From Amphiscolops sp. MND2022 (lineage: Eukaryota), in assembly GCA_964187785.1 (NCBI GenBank), contig OZ076409.1:47556001-47620000 (forward strand): DNA of 64,000 nucleotides. The letters run 5' to 3'. Below are positions 25,122-39,517 of this stretch, piece after piece (the stretch's first letter is position 1; the number at the start of each line of letters is the position of its first letter). A program made the position numbers and the translations under genes. The notes beneath the pieces were generated by a model. It was not told the DNA's origin, did no database searches, and saw only the letters and a list, made by a program, of their open reading frames with translations.

Positions 25122-28100
25122 CTATGTACATTTAGTCGTTAGAGCTACTTTCACGAAGTCTTGCACAGTCTTTGAGAGCTCACCTTGGGGAATATCACCA
25201 AAGTAGACTAACTTTCGAGCCTTCCACGGGGCCCAAATGAGTTTCTTCCAACAGAGGTTGACACAGAGGAAGATCGAGAAGCTGTACTGACTTCCAGGAC
25301 AGGAACCCTTGAGACCCTTGAAAGAAGCGGGCAGAGTTTTTAAAATTGAAGAACTTCCGAAGGTGTCCACATGAGACCATAGGTCTCCCGATAATAGCCC
25401 TGAGTTGAAATGTAACTCTAGTTCTTCATATTTAACCAACGCAGACTCAGAAGTACAGACTGCAATGGCAACAGGACAATTAGACAAATAAGATTGAGCA
25501 GGCAATATGACAATTGAAAGATGGCAATGTTGGCTCGAAGTATCTACATGCTGGAATTAGACGGCGGGAAGTTTTTTGTGGCTCTCAGTAATGCAAAGAC
25601 AACACAAACGATACAGGTGAAAATGTTTGAAGCAGCTACGCAGAGCTGGCATTGAAGTCAAAAGATCGAGAACATCAGGAATAGTGCCGGCTGCGTTCTT
25701 GATACCGGAATAGGCGATACTCAAGTATTCAACGAATTCGAAGTACTCGTCCCTGTAGTCGCTCAACGAGGCCTCAGACACCCAACCTTGAAGCCGGAAG
25801 CTGTCATAGAGGGCGTTAAAGCAGAAAGAGAATTGGTCTAGAGCTAGGGAAAGCAGCACGTATGGATCGAAACAAGCCATGCCGTGGACAAGATCAGCGT
25901 TGAAGTGGATGTCTTGCAACAGTGATTCCAATAGTGACACAATGTAATCGCGGGCCTTCACAAGAAAGCTCTCCTTCTCAGCTGCGTCAACCTCTTCCAA
26001 ATCAGGTGGCCCAGTATTCTTGTCGGAGTACGAGCGGCGGACCTAAGAACCTCAGGCTGCCTCGAAATCTGTTTTGAGCTTGAGCCGATGAGCAAAGTCC
26101 CGAGAGATTGTCTGGCCACAGATGAAGCAACCCAGTCCAGCTAACGTCGTCACTGATGAATTTGAGTAAATTGGCACGACAACATAGCTTTCTCACAAAT
26201 CGGCAGTACTGTCCGTAGATGAAGAAAGTAGCGTCTCGTCGACCAGCCAGGGTGCGGTCGAATTCTTTTGCATCTAAAGATGACGTGCAAACAAAGTAAT
26301 ATCAAATTTGAAGAGGTTGTCGTGGAACAATGTGGGACACTTCAGCCATAAGGCCGAAAAGGGCCTTCAGAGGAGAGAAGATCAAAGAACTCACAAAGTG
26401 TATAAAAGAAAGCAACTCAAAATCTCGAACTAGGAATTAGAGGAATTCCAGCTTGACTGTGAAGAGATCGTCCATAATGATAGTCCATTCAAGTTTCTGT
26501 GGCTGAAAAAGAAACAATTAACTTATGATGGGATTCCATAGAAATAACCGATTTACCCAAACGGAACGACTGTCGAATCGGCCCTACAAGATGAAGTTCA
26601 AGAATAAATTTTGGAATGATTACCTTCTTCTTAACTCCTTGCATCAATTGTGTGGGGGCTATCTTTATTATGTGATGCTGAATGGATTGCCACTAATCCC
26701 CATTTCTGCACAAAAAGAAGGTATCCGCTTGAGCTCTAGCTTACTGTTGTCAACAGCCTACAACGAGAAAGGGTGGATCAATACCCAAATAATTAGTGTA
26801 CATTTGTAAAAGGCCAAAGAAGTCTGCTTGAAGAAAGAGAACTTAATTAGCTAGTTTAACGAACAGGAAAGCAAACCTTGGTGAGTTCAGGGGACTGCGG
26901 AGCCCAGGGCTGGCTCAAACAACCACTCAGGAAGGCAACCAGATAGTTAATCTGAGAGAAGGTGTCTATTAGCCCACAGACGTAACAGGTCTCCAGGACG
27001 TTGGGGTGCACAAACTCCTGCAGGGAGTAGACACCGAAAATAAAGGGGTACTGGATCCCATGATCGTACAGTCTGGATGTTTCTAAAGATTGAAACAACA
27101 TTGAGTAGCAGCTGGAAATGCTGACGAGGTTGGGCTTCAACGGCACAAAGGAAAGGAGGCAAGAGATGGCTCCCAAGTAACTTCCTGGATAAGACTCATC
27201 CGACAGTGTCGGTGGAGCTCAACTCGGACGAGGGAGTCCTCTCTCCAGTATCCGATAGACATACATCTGGACATGCCCTGGTTGGTGAAGTCGATAGAGT
27301 ACATATTAGACTTAGTGAAGTGACGGGCTATGTCTTCGAGACCACGTATGAAATAAAACAAGACAAATTTATATGTGCAGTATGAAACCGGAACTGTCGA
27401 GACGGCCACTGGGGCAAACGTACTCATATAAAGAAGACAACTCACCGTGAAACTAGCCAACACTCACTCGAAAAACGAAAACAGAGCGTGATGGTTCGTG
27501 AACATGCCAACTTTGGTCCAGAGACTTTGCAGTAATCATAAATTCCCGTCTCGAGGCACGAACACTCCAATGGAGATCAGAGTGCTACTCCTCAGTTCGT
27601 CTGGGTTGGTGATGCCGCATAGACTAGCCATGTAATCATCATAAAAGGGAAAGCGATCCCCTGCATCATCAAATGGTACTTCTAGGAAGCGTGGCTTCTC
27701 CCCTTCAAGTTCTTTGGCCGTCAGGACGTATCCGTCTTTTCCTCTGACTTGTTGAGTGGTGATCCCAGTAACCCCATCAGTTTCTTGTAAGTGGACAAAT
27801 CTCCACTTCTGGTCCTTTCGAAGGTGTCCTTCAGTTTTGTAGTGCCTTAGGATCTCCCGAGCACCTATTGAGTATATAGACATATTGGTCTTGCAGAGCA
27901 TACAATAAAAATTTGTATTTATTGTGGATGGGGTCAAGGGGGGAAACGGAGGTCCTTGTCCATTCTTCATCACCTTTCCTGGCCTGCTCAGTAACTTCCG
28001 TCTCTTCCGTGGGGGCTAGGGCCAGTGTCGGCAGTTACTCCAACCCGTCCAAGAGTAGACAGTGGCTGGTAGTCAGTGGGGCTGTATCCAGTTCCTGATG

Positions 28101-31100
28101 CTGGCGTGACATTCCTAATGTCGGCCGAAGTGGTCGGCTGTCCTGCTTGTCTTTCCACAACTCTGAATAGGGGATCAGTCTCGTTGGCAGTCTCAGCCCC
28201 TGATATTGAGCCAAGGTTGTAGGGTCCTTGTCTGAATTGAAGACCCCGGTGTTGTAATCATCAGTGGTGTTCCCCCTCCATGCTGGTCTTGTCACCAAAA
28301 CTTTCAGTGTAAGTTCGGGCCGATGTGGCACAACGCTGTTGGTATCCCTCGCGCATATCTCGGGGAGCCCCTGTGTAGAATGGAGTAACAAGGACTTGAT
28401 ATGATAGGAGGAAGTCACCAACTCCTCAGCGATGGTCCTGAAAATGGCATGCATTTCTTCTTCATTAAGACAAATAGTTGGATGTCCAACTGGTAGTTTT
28501 AAGAGACGGATCTCGCTGAAATACTTCTTTGTGATTGCTTTTTCCCTTTCCAGTCAATTGTGTATCGGCCAAGGATCCCTCTCAGCGTCACTGTCTTCAG
28601 ATTCACTGTGGAAGTTGCCTTTGTACTCAGTGATGCTGCAGGACATTACAGTGTCAAAAGTGGGTTAACACGCTTTTGTGCTATCAAGTAACCGAAATCC
28701 ACTGACGCATTATTAAACATGAATTTCAATGATTTTCAATGGATTCCGCTGTAGCCTGTTTTTGATTCCACTGACATATCTAGCTAATGGACAAAAATGC
28801 GTAGCCAAAAAGTTCGCTGAAAAGTGCAGTGGAATCCACTTCGACTTACAGTGCATTCCACTTTGGCTTGCACCCACTTCCACTTTGGCGTGCAGTCGAT
28901 TCCACTTTTCAACTTTTGGAATTGACTGCAAAACGAGTGGAATTGACTGTAAGCCAAAATGGAATTCACAACACGGTGAGAAACGTTCGTAATCCACTTA
29001 AATCATGTAACATTTAAACCATGATAAATTAGTTTTGAACGCTCAAATCCTGTGAAAATGTGTTGATTATGTGAAAGCTGAATATTTTGAATGTATCTCA
29101 AACGAACACGTGAAATAACACAAGAATGAAACAAGAATAAAAATTTGAAACTTCTTCTTTCGAATTTTTCATGTTGGTTTGCTTTAATGTATCTCTCAAA
29201 CTAACACGTGGATAACCACGTTATTGGAAGACTTTCAACTTTTTTCCTTTGTCAAAGAATAGGGAAATTGGGGGTGAACAAAGATTGTATCTCAATTATA
29301 AACTGTTCCTCTGGAAATACATTTAAAATTGAAGGATTTTGGTTTGTATTCAAGTCTTTTTGTTATGTTTATTACCGTCGACTTCGGCTAATCGAATACT
29401 GGCGGGACCGGTGAAAAATATTCGATTCAGCGAAATATTCGATTAAACGAAACCATGCTAGTACACGGGATATTCTACCTTCTGAGCAGCTCGGTTTTTA
29501 TTACATTACCCCATCGCCAAACAACTTTTCCAGGAACGTGAAGATTCCCAGCCGAAATTTGGCTGATGTAATTGTCGGAACACTCCGTTTATAAAACAAT
29601 CATCTTTTCGTTGTTGTGTATTCAATTGTGCAATACTTTCGCTTGAATTTCACCTGCGATTTTGTATTTAAAAATTGATTGCCACAGATACAATTTTTTC
29701 TCAAAATACGGAAACAAAACACCGTGAATAACAAATTCAGTGAACCCTTGCAACGTCTTTCTCACCGAAATCCGGATGAGGGTTTTATTGAGAACAATAA
29801 GCTGTTTTTCATTCATCATTCAACTTGTTATTCAATTTGATCTTTTGGTATCCACCATGAAGTAATTGAAAAATGAAAACCAATTATACCTAAAGTACAC
29901 GCAAGAGCTGAGTGTGAATTTTTGTAGAGTGGTGGTAGAATTGATAAGGTCTCCGTTGCGGTCAGCTTGGAAGTATGCTTGACGGGACTGGAACTAAAAA
30001 ACGATATCCACTATGAGGTAGATGAAAAATGAAACCTGATTATACCTAAAGTACACGCAAGAGCTGTCTGTGAAATTTTGATGTCCACTATGATTCAATC
30101 GAAGAATTAAAAAATGAAGCGGTAAGGTGGTGCGAGTATCAGAATAACTTGATTGACATAATTCTATAGTAATAAATTTGAACTAAATGAAGAAATTCAG
30201 AACCTTTTTTGTTACACTTGCTGATTCTGAAAATGTTTCTCATTCGCAAAAGTGAACACGCGAAGGAAGAACTTTTCAGCACTGAAGTTCATGAACTCTG
30301 ATTCTATTTGATTGTTGATATTTTTTGAATGTTGATATTTAAAGAATTCAGTGAATTCCACTAAAAAACTGCAGTGGAGTACACTACAGCCAATGGTGGG
30401 TTCCACTGCGGCCATCGGCGGAATCCACGGCAGCGTTCAGTGGAATCCACGGCAGTGTTAAGTGGAATCCACTGCAAGATCCGAATGTTTAAGGTATTTG
30501 ATAGTGGAATCCAATGCTTTACAGCGGAATTCGCTGTGAAGAAATCTGCAAGAAAGTGGAAACGACTGCAGCGTAACAGAATTTGTAGGTGGATTACGAG
30601 GCACGCTTTCCAAAACTGCCGTCCAGCAAAACAAAATCCACTGCAAAAATTTTAGACCCATTTTTGGCACTGTAATGGATCAATAGTCATATCGGTCGAT
30701 GCAGGTGGAAAGGCTCCAACGCCCGAATTGTCAAATAGCTCCTCGACATTACTGGTATTTGCATACAGCGCTTTTGTTTCTGTGCAAGGAAAAACTTCCT
30801 TCCCGGTAGATGTCCCTGGCAGGTCTTCTCGAGAATCTTGAAGCACAGTAATAGGATCTGAGACGGATACCCTATGGAAAATGGAATTTTTGGAACAGCT
30901 GATTACTGTGGATCCAGTTGGTGGCGGGAAGGCCTTGACGGTCTCAGTTTCGAGAGGTGCCATGGAAGAGACAGTTCTCTCGATAAAAGCAGGGAAGCTC
31001 TCATCGGTGGACTTGCTACTATGTGAATCCTCTGAAGAAGGCCGATTAGGGACGGTTGGTTCTGGTATTTCTTCAAGTACTTCTCTCTCTCTCTCTTGAT

Positions 31101-31150
31101 CATTGGGGTCATCACATGAATGAGTCTGGCAAATCCTTCTTTCTTGACAT
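25122..31150 (-). pseudogene. Antisense spliced accessory gene of element B, interrupted by a TIR element
   Basis: TTTAG|ACATG start at 31150. FYCMLCKTNMSIYSIGAREILRHYKTEGHLRKDQKW; YSIDFTNQGMSRCMSIGYW; ESFLVKARDYIVSLLES...GMACFDP. Intron 26623-26503 (GT..AG). Confidence 0.8.
28649..30672. mobile_element. Non-autonomous TIR DNA transposon (Tc1/mariner-like, TA TSD)
   Basis: TA|CAGTGTCAAAAGTGGGT ... ACCCATTTTTGGCACTG|TA (17-bp TIR, 2 mismatches). Subterminal GTGGAATCCAC-type repeats at both ends. Splits the B antisense ORF. Confidence 0.8.
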
Positions 31151-31380
31151 GTCTAAACAGATGGAAATGAAATTTTGCGAGAATCTTCCTGAAAAATGAA
31201 TTCAAAAACCGCAGATAAAATTTTCCGGAAGTGAAATGAAAACACAGAGTGTTACGACTTTTTAACAAAAGAAACAAGAAGTTTGTGAACGAGATGAAGG
31301 GCCTTGATCAAGCTCATTCCCGTTCAAAATGAAAAGACCAAATAGCTTATCTATGGTTGCTCAACAAATGTAGGATGAGA

Positions 31381-31384
<4 letters not shown>

Positions 31385-31419
<35 letters not shown>
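31385..31419 (+). repeat. (GA)n microsatellite
   Basis: About 17 GA units in the divergent intergenic region of B. Confidence 0.95.
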
Positions 31420-31421
<2 letters not shown>

Positions 31422-32130
31422 GTGGTCAGTTCTAGTTGACCAATCTCACTGCTGAAAGGGACTTGTTGGACCGAGTAGGATAATGGGTTCCAGGGAATTA
31501 ATAGAAGAATTGAAGCAAAGCGCGACAACAGAAGATTTCTGGAGTTCGTGGCAAACTGGATTTGCTGTCAAACTTTTGTACAATTATGGATATTGTTTTG
31601 TGGGTGGAATCTGCCAGAAAAATCCACAGAATTTATATTCTTTGAAAGGTTTGTTTAACCATGGATTGATTATTTTAACTATTTTTTTTACTCATTTCCA
31701 TCTTTGGACTTTCTTTCTTAATCCGCCATTTTAGAATGTCAGCTGAATGGGAGATTCCATTGGCTACCTCGGCTGGAGACCGCGCGTGGCCTGAAGTTTT
31801 ACCTAACACCTCTTGAGAGTCTCACACGGCAACCAAGAGATGATAGACACTAAGATGATAAACTGAAGTGGCAATCAAGAGATGATTAAGTCGTTGAAGG
31901 CATCTTGCCGTGTGAGGCAAATGAAAGTAAAGGAGAAGTAAACACGGCGGCTAATTGGAATCTTCAAGAGTGTTTTGAAGAATTTTCCTTTATGAACGAT
32001 CGCCGGGAATAGCAAAACCCCGGGAAACGAATAACGAGTCACAAAGAAGTTTTGAAAAGTTTCAGAACAAAAAATCATCATTCTTCCTTTCAGAATCTAC
32101 AAATTCAGTCGGTTCACTTAAAATCAAAAT

Positions 32131-32795
32131 TTGGAACAGCCCAAACCTAATCTTATTTACAAAATTGCGAAAAAACTTGTAAAAACTAGATACATAGTTG
32201 AGCGATTCCCACAAGACTTTCAAGGCGCCGCACCTGAAGGAATAGAAATAGTATGCCTGTCTAGCGATGAAGAAGAAGAAATGGACGACCTAAGTATTAC
32301 GTACGTCTTGGACCTGCAAGTATCATCAGAAGATAAAGAAATCGATGACGAGATTACGATGATGGCGCAGTGTGTAGAACTGGAACTATCAGCGCCCTTT
32401 TCTGTCCAAGGGCCATCAACAACCAAACCTAACAAAGGTAATTTGTTGAGAGCGGCAGTAGAATACAACACGCCTAAAAGGAAGCACAACACACGGCTAG
32501 CACTAGATTAGTCCTTCGTTTCACTACGAATAGGAAATCGCCCCAGACGCCCAGATGATCGCATTAGGAATATCCACCCAAATAAATTATGCAGTGGGAT
32601 AATTCAAATGGTGGACACTACTTTATCGCCACCCCCGAGTATAGAGGGCCTAGTTACGAATCAATTTCAGTGGAGGTCGGATATGTAGAGCCACTGCAGA
32701 CCGTAGACGCGATAATGAACCACTTCCAAGGAATGGAACTTGACGGATATGGCCCATTAGCAAACTGCTCCGATTGCGTGGTTTGCGGAAAATCC
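32131..32795 (+). pseudogene. Accessory sense ORF3 of element B, 3'-truncated
   Basis: FPQDFQGAAPEGIEIVCLSSDEEE, MMAQCVE and CSDCVVCGKS match A's YPEDFPGAAPGDGIIYISSEDE, MLAQCVE and CTNCLICGKS. Confidence 0.75.
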
Positions 32796-34142
32796 AAAAT
32801 GCGAATTTTGTCGCAAAAATGTCGCAAAATTTTGTCGAAAATGTCGCAAAAATAGCACGTTTTTGGCTATTTCTCAGCAACCACTGGTGGGAATCACTCG
32901 CGGTTTTCTGCGTTTGCAACGTTTCACTTTATACTAACAGAAAATAGGCAAGCAAAACCTGGCAGGATCCAAATAACGTCTCTCAAAAAATTTTCATGTT
33001 ACACCTTTTGCACTCTGGGAACAATATGAAAAATACGTATTTTCCCTAGGAGATTTTTGTTTTTCGGTTCCCAGATGATCATGATTGTTCTAAATGTAAC
33101 CTATTAAGGTGTATAATTTTTATTCAGGGGACTGGGGTTGTTTCAATTATTAGTTTTGATGTTATAACGCAGGTCTATGGGGTCCTCTACTCAGGTCTAT
33201 GTATATCAAAGAAAATCAAGGGTTAAAGTTTCAAGTTTTTTTGGGGGATGCTAAAAATTGTCTTGGCAGTAGTGTTTCATACTACCAGACTCGGGAACAT
33301 AGTTTTTGGGTTGATCTAAAAGCTTGGGAACAAATGCCCAAGGCTTCGCCCTCACTAATTTTGCTCTTTTAGGCCAAAATTGATGTTTTTTTTTCAACAA
33401 AAATCGCTAAATTTTTCAATGTTTCAACAATTTAGCCAAACAAATTTTTCTGTTCCCGACCTAACAGGTCTAACGGAACGTTTTTATTGTATTCACATTG
33501 GTCGTACCCTCTTCTGAGAAATTTTGGCTTTTGAGAGTAGTCAAGTTGAAAATCGAGCTATTACAGGTGTTATAGCTAGCTCGCTATATTTTTTCAAAAA
33601 ACAATCGGAATACCCAGTGGGTATTTTTGTCAGTTCTTACTAATGAGATTACGTCTGGGAATAGGCTTTTAAAGCCACAAAAACAAAACGGGAGATTGTA
33701 ACCCAGCCGATTTGCTGCAATCAATGGGGTGAGGGAAGTAGTGTTGTACAGTTCGTCTCCACTTCGTCACCGCTGATGGGGTATGGACTGTCACTCTGCT
33801 TGTTCCCCGTCCCAGTGCATTGCAAATAGACTGAAATAGAACCCTTTAAAACAAAATCCGGTTAAGCCGGATGGTTAATCTCGGTAAACAGAAACGAAGT
33901 CAAAACAGTACTTTGCCGAAAATCAGTTATTTCTCATTCCAGACCTCGGAAACATGCAGGAAACGCAGGAATTCAGCTATTAGAAAGCCTACAAGGCTTG
34001 ACTAAGGCAATAAAAATAATCTAGGACTCTCCAGAAAAAATTCCTAGATCCGGACCCTCTGGGGCCGGAAAGCGGAAGTTGCTCCTACTTGTACGCAAAA
34101 TGAAAAATATCCCTCTGTGGTCGCCGTAAAAACTATTCCAGA

Positions 34143-34884
34143 TGTAACCACCGGCTAGCGACGCACATCTAGGAAGAGGGACAATGCCTAGGGTGCTCAA
34201 ACAGGAGACCGTTGTCTTACTACATCCCTAGGCACTAGTTTTTGATCCCAAAATGGTTTCCAAGGGGGACTTTTCTATCGTCCGAGGAGGCTTCTCTAGT
34301 TAGAGCTCCGAGGCGACGTGCCGGCACTCTCAAAGTCCGGACACGCTCCACAAGCCTGTAAAAATGAATCCTAGGTTCCTAACATACATTGTTGCCACCT
34401 CCTACATACTTCCGAGGTCCAAAAAGGTGTCTAACGGAAATACATTGTATTTGGGGAATAAGTTCTAAAATACAGATCTAGTAGATCAAACATCATCGAA
34501 ATACTCGGTAAATGGTATTAAGGCACAGGGATAAGCCCATTAACATTACAGTTTAGGGTCGGTTGTCAGTCTGGCCTCTGGCAGCATTCCTCATCTTCGG
34601 GGCACAACGGTTTCATTTGGCACTTTTCTGCCGAAACCCTTCTTTTTGCTGTCAGCTGGCACAATTCCTGATTCTCTCACCTTCTGGGTGATGACATCTC
34701 TGACATCCACGTTCCTGGTTGGGGGTTTGGTCCTCTGGGCGGTGTTTTACCTTTTTTTGCTTCCTGTACGGTTTTCGTACCTGCCGGGTCGGCCATCTTG
34801 AATGTGCTTGTTTGATACCGCACATTTCGAATTTTTGATCGAAATTTTCAAAAACTTCTGCAACGTCCCTTGCCTGACGTTACA
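34143..34884. repeat. Putative solo LTR (second family, TGTAAC...GTTACA)
   Basis: Inverted 6-bp termini. Colinear with 38014-38710 (e.g. AGAGCTCCGxGGCGACGTGCCGGCACxCTCAAAGTCCGGACACG). No clean TSD. Confidence 0.55.
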
Positions 34885-37851
34885 AGTAAAATAATAGGAG
34901 CTTTCTAGTATGGCCCACACAAAATTACATATTAAAATATAATACACTTCATGTTGAGTAAACTAAAGTTTGTTGTGGCTGTTCTGACTGAGCGTCTACA
35001 CGTTCTAATTTGGGAGAACTCCTCCGAGGGTTGGAATTATCTCCTTCTAGCAGAATTTGATAGTAATTGACGTCACAGGCGGTAGCCTCTGACAGATAGT
35101 AATAACAGTAGTTCAATTCGTAAGCGGTTCAGTTGGTAATATCAGTAGTTATTCATTGATTCGAACAATATGCCATGCCTGCAACATTCATTTGCTCTCT
35201 TTAGTTTTTCAATACCATAGCTGGTTGAAAATGGCCCAAGCTTCTCCGTTTTGGACACTATATCCCATGATTACACTTCTGTATTCACTGTATTCAACAA
35301 GTCTTTGTTATCTTTACCTGAAACTGCTATCTGTGTTCAAAATCCACAAGTGGGTTTTGGCATGAATTGGTTAGTCAAATGAACCACCAAAACTTTTTAT
35401 GCCAATTTCGCAAAGGAGACTGAAATATTTAAGATGTAGAAAATTTTAAAGGAAGCAGACTTCTTTTTTATTCATGGTGCACACTTTTGAAAGAGGGCGT
35501 TACTTGAAAAAAAGAGTTTTTGAGGAATTTTCAAACGAGGGATGAAATACCTCTCGGATTGCACTTCAAAGCTTCCCAATAAAAAAGGCCTTCTTCACTG
35601 AACTACTTGAATGACTGGAGAAAGTACCTTGCAGAGAATTTATGAAAAGCAATTAGATACCAATTCATGTTTAATTTACGTCAGTTCTTTTTCAGCACTT
35701 TCTTTGAATCTTAAAAATGTGGGCGATATAAAAGGTAACCAGTTTTTAAAAGCTATTGTTAATTAATGTTCCAAACTTTTGCCAAGCGGTTTTGGTCAAT
35801 TTTCTTATTCTAATCAGCTAATTGAAGAACATTTAGATTCGGATTGAATTCACAAGACAAAACAGATGAAAATGGAAACGATTTTGACACTTCCACAGAA
35901 CACTCTTTTCTGATAATAATAATAAAACTGATCTTGCATTAACTTTGGAGATGTTTATTTATTCTCAACCTGGCAAATACTTCTCTGGCTTACTGAAATC
36001 TTTTAATTTTCAATTGCACACTCAATTTCCTGTAAATAAAAGTTGGTTTAAAAGTGATATGAAGCCACAGTTTTGAAATTTTCAAGTTTCTTTCTTCACA
36101 GACAATTTAATATTTTGATGGTTTTACAGAAAACTCGAACGAACTGGGATCAATCCGAGTCGGAATCCTGTTTGAGGCAATGAAAGCTCGAAGTTAAGAA
36201 ACGTCGGCCAATAAAACTTGAGAGCTGTTTCTAAGCAAAATTTGGGGAACATTGGATTTTCTGGTTGAAACTAAGACTCTTTGGTCTTACCTAGCTGTCT
36301 TGCTTCTATCGCAAGGTCCCATAAAATAGAATTGAAAGTATGGTGTCGATTCGATGCATCGAAATGCTTAGTTTGCAACTTGATGTTAAAAAAAAAACAA
36401 AACAGCTTGATGTGAGTATTTTTAATGGACATTTTCCATGAAAAAACTTCGCGGCTCTAACAGTGACCCAATTCGATTTTTGGCTGTAATCTTAGGCTGT
36501 AAGAGTCCGTCTTTAGTTTTTTTCATCAAAAGTTCCTTCTGCTTTTCTTGAAATTTTCAATTCGGGGAAAACCATTTTAAGATTTTCAAAACAGCCTTTC
36601 AAGTTATTTGAGACTTATTTGCGGGCCAGGATTTGAGAAGTCTTCTCTGAAAGAAATTGCTGGTAGAGTAGAAAAAATTAGTTCCAAAGAGCTTCTTTGC
36701 CATTTTGAACCTGAATAATTCAGTTCAAAAACAAATTTTCACCTGTTGAAGCGTTCTCTAATACCATTAAAATTTTGCTCCCATGTTTTCAAACCGAAAT
36801 TTTCAGCAGCGCTTTTTCTCCAAATTTGCGCTGTTCCAATTTTATACCCAAATTATATAGAAGTTATTCCACAAAATTCAACTACCACAAAATTAAGTTC
36901 GTAGGATAATTATACACTGAGATATGTGAAAAAGTGCATCGAAATGACACCGAACTGACCCCAAAATCCCAAATGTTACAAAACTTACCTTTGTTTGGCC
37001 ATTTATCAGCCTTATTTTGCTGTTTTTGATGCTTACAACAGAGATTCAAGAAGAAACAATTCTCTATCTGACCCGTTTGAAAAACCAAAAGAAAAAGAAA
37101 TCTAATGCATTTTGTTCTAAAAATGCAAAAACGTCCTCGAGAATTTCTCAGATAAACGACAAATCTACGTGATCTCTGTAGAACTTTTGACAGGTTTTTT
37201 ACAAATGAACTCATCTACAAACTTCATAAACGAAACATTGACGTTCTCAGGATTAAATGTAGAAACCTTTGAATAATTAAAAACATTATTTTGTATCATA
37301 TTTTGTAACAATATTCGTATCAGAATTTGCTGTTTAGAATACTCTCGTAGAGTGGGATATGGAGTTTTCTGAAGATATTGTGCCATTTTCGAATTTTTTG
37401 TGGGTACGAGTTTCCACAGTGTCTAAACAAAAAACTCTAGAGAAACTTTTGAAAAAGGGATAGAATGAACCAAGAAATGTCAAAATTTTGAAATTTTTAC
37501 GCTGGTTAAAATCGGGCTTTGAAAATACTCCGTAGTTGCAATTTTTCGAGGCAAAAAGTTTCAGCTTCTCAGCGGACGTCTTGTTAGATGGACGATTGAG
37601 TAAATTGAAGTAGTGAGCGGTTCATTTTGTTCTGATTACACAAAAATTACACAAACGCTTTGTTTTAAGATAGAGGTTTAAAAACCTGTTTTTTGGTGAG
37701 GAACATTTTTTCTTTTTCTAGCTTCAAACTGAACTGTCCACTTTTTATGATGCTTGCCCAGTTTAACTGCTTCGTTGAGCAAGTCTCCATAGCATCTATC
37801 AAGTGTTCACACTGTTTACGAAGCTTGGCTATACCAAATGACACTGTTTGA

Positions 37852-39029
37852 TTTTTTAGTCGGCGCTTCATGAAATGAAACGCGACTATACTCGAACTGA
37901 CCAAAAAACACGAACTTAACCAAAAAAGTTGTTCCTTTTTTGAAGCACGACATACAATACAGGGCGAGACTAAAGGGCCCTCCAGTTTTTTTTCGGCATT
38001 GTGAGACTCTTTTTGTAACGTCAAGCTAACAGCTACATTCTAGAACCGGGACAATGCCCAGGTTGCCTTAACAAGAGACCAGTGTCTTATAACAACCTAA
38101 ACATCAGTTTTTGGTCCCGAAAGGTCTCAGTAGGGACTTTTCTAAGACGTCGTGGAGACTCCTCATTTTAGAGCTCCGTGGCGACGTGCCGGCACACTCA
38201 AAGTCCGGACACGTCCCACAAGCACGTAAAAACGTATCCTAAGGTTCCTGCGTGTACCTACACACCTCCGAGGTCCAAAACAGGGTCTTCAGTTACAGTA
38301 CATTAATTTGCAGAATCATGTAAACAACAGGTATAAAGTGGATCTAGTAGATCCAGCACCATCATTAATCTGCAAATTTCCATTAATAACAAACAAGAAA
38401 TAAACAAGAAACTGCATATTTGGCTTATTCATCTAGTTTTTCGGGTTTCTGGGATAAGCCATCGATGGGTTCTATGCCTTTTTCTTGTCTTCAGAGGCAT
38501 TGTTCCCGGTGAGACGACACAAACTGCTACTTTCGGTCCTCTGAAAGTCCTTCTGGTAATTTACTCTTCGCTGTCGGGGATCTGTGTGTCTTTTTTGTGT
38601 GTCCTTTTTTGTCTCTCTTTGTGATTTCAAAGACCTGCAAGGTCGGCCATATTGACTCGCACACTTTCTGCTTCTTGAACGAAATTTTGCAACGTTTGCT
38701 GGACGTTACACCTCAAAAATATATATTTTTTCACCAAACGGTATGCTTTCAACTTTTTTTGATGTTTTACAACTGAAGGGATGTTGAAAAAGCCCAAATG
38801 ATCACCTTTCTGTTTTTTGGCACTGTGAGACTTTTTTAAAAAACCTTCAATGATTTCAAAGGCTCCTTTCATGTTTTTGGTGTTTTGCAAGAGATAAGCT
38901 AAAAAATCCACTAGCCCGACCCGTCAATTCGGCCCAACTTTTGGGTTTTTTGGGTACTGTAACAGACAATATTTGACAATTTCAAGTTATTTTGCTATTT
39001 TTGAGCCTTAGATATGGCGCCGCCTTGTT
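37852..39029 (+). mobile_element. DINE-1/HINE-like repeat copy carrying an LTR insertion
   Basis: TTTTTTAGTCGGCGCTTCATGAAATGAAACGCGACT at the start and TTGAGCCTTAGATATGGCGCCG at the end. Confidence 0.55.
38014..38710. repeat. Putative solo LTR (second family, TGTAAC...GTTACA)
   Basis: Termini TGTAACGTC...GACGTTACA (9-bp inverted). Homologous to 34143-34884. Confidence 0.6.
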
Positions 39030-39517
39030 GACCTTAGATATGTTAGGTTTGTTGGTGTTTGCTGTTACATAAAAGCCTTTGCTTCCATGAAAAAGACAAA
39101 AAATTCCATGTTACCGAAATCACACAAAAGTATTTTGGTCTCATGCAGTTTAGAAGGTCGGAAAAGGTGAGAAACTCAAACGGTGTTTTTGATCTCTTTT
39201 TGTATTCTTGAGACCATTGGCTAGCCAGCAGATTGTAAACATTGGCATGAAGAAAGGGAAGGAAAAAATAAACTCCTTAGTTTTTATTTTACGTGAAGTA
39301 CATACTGAAATATACAGTCATCTTTGTGATCTTTTCATAATCACCTGTACCCAAAAAATTGATGAAAAACGACTGGCATCGTTGTGATATTCAGCTTCAC
39401 TCAAAATAATCATGAAGAACGACCAGTCAGTAACTGGAATTACCAGTCACCATTGCTATTCTTTCAAATTGCATTTCAGTTGAACATTAACCATTTCGGT
39501 TGTCATGCATTAGTCCT

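Larger units (their letters stand above)
22307..32795 (+). mobile_element. Gypsy LTR retrotransposon B (both ends missing): RNase H-IN + antisense gene + ORF3
   Basis: Same gene order as A in the opposite orientation. 5' end fused to A. ORF3 is cut at ~32795 by unrelated sequence. Confidence 0.8.

Noticed and set aside
32795..37850. Short ORFs as host genes
   Set aside because: AT-rich, low-complexity ORFs without recognisable motifs. Probably further unidentified repeats.
34143..38710. The two TGTAAC..GTTACA repeats as paired LTRs of one element
   Set aside because: Too diverged, outer flanks CCAGA/CCTCA do not match, no gag/pol lies between, and the second copy sits inside another repeat.
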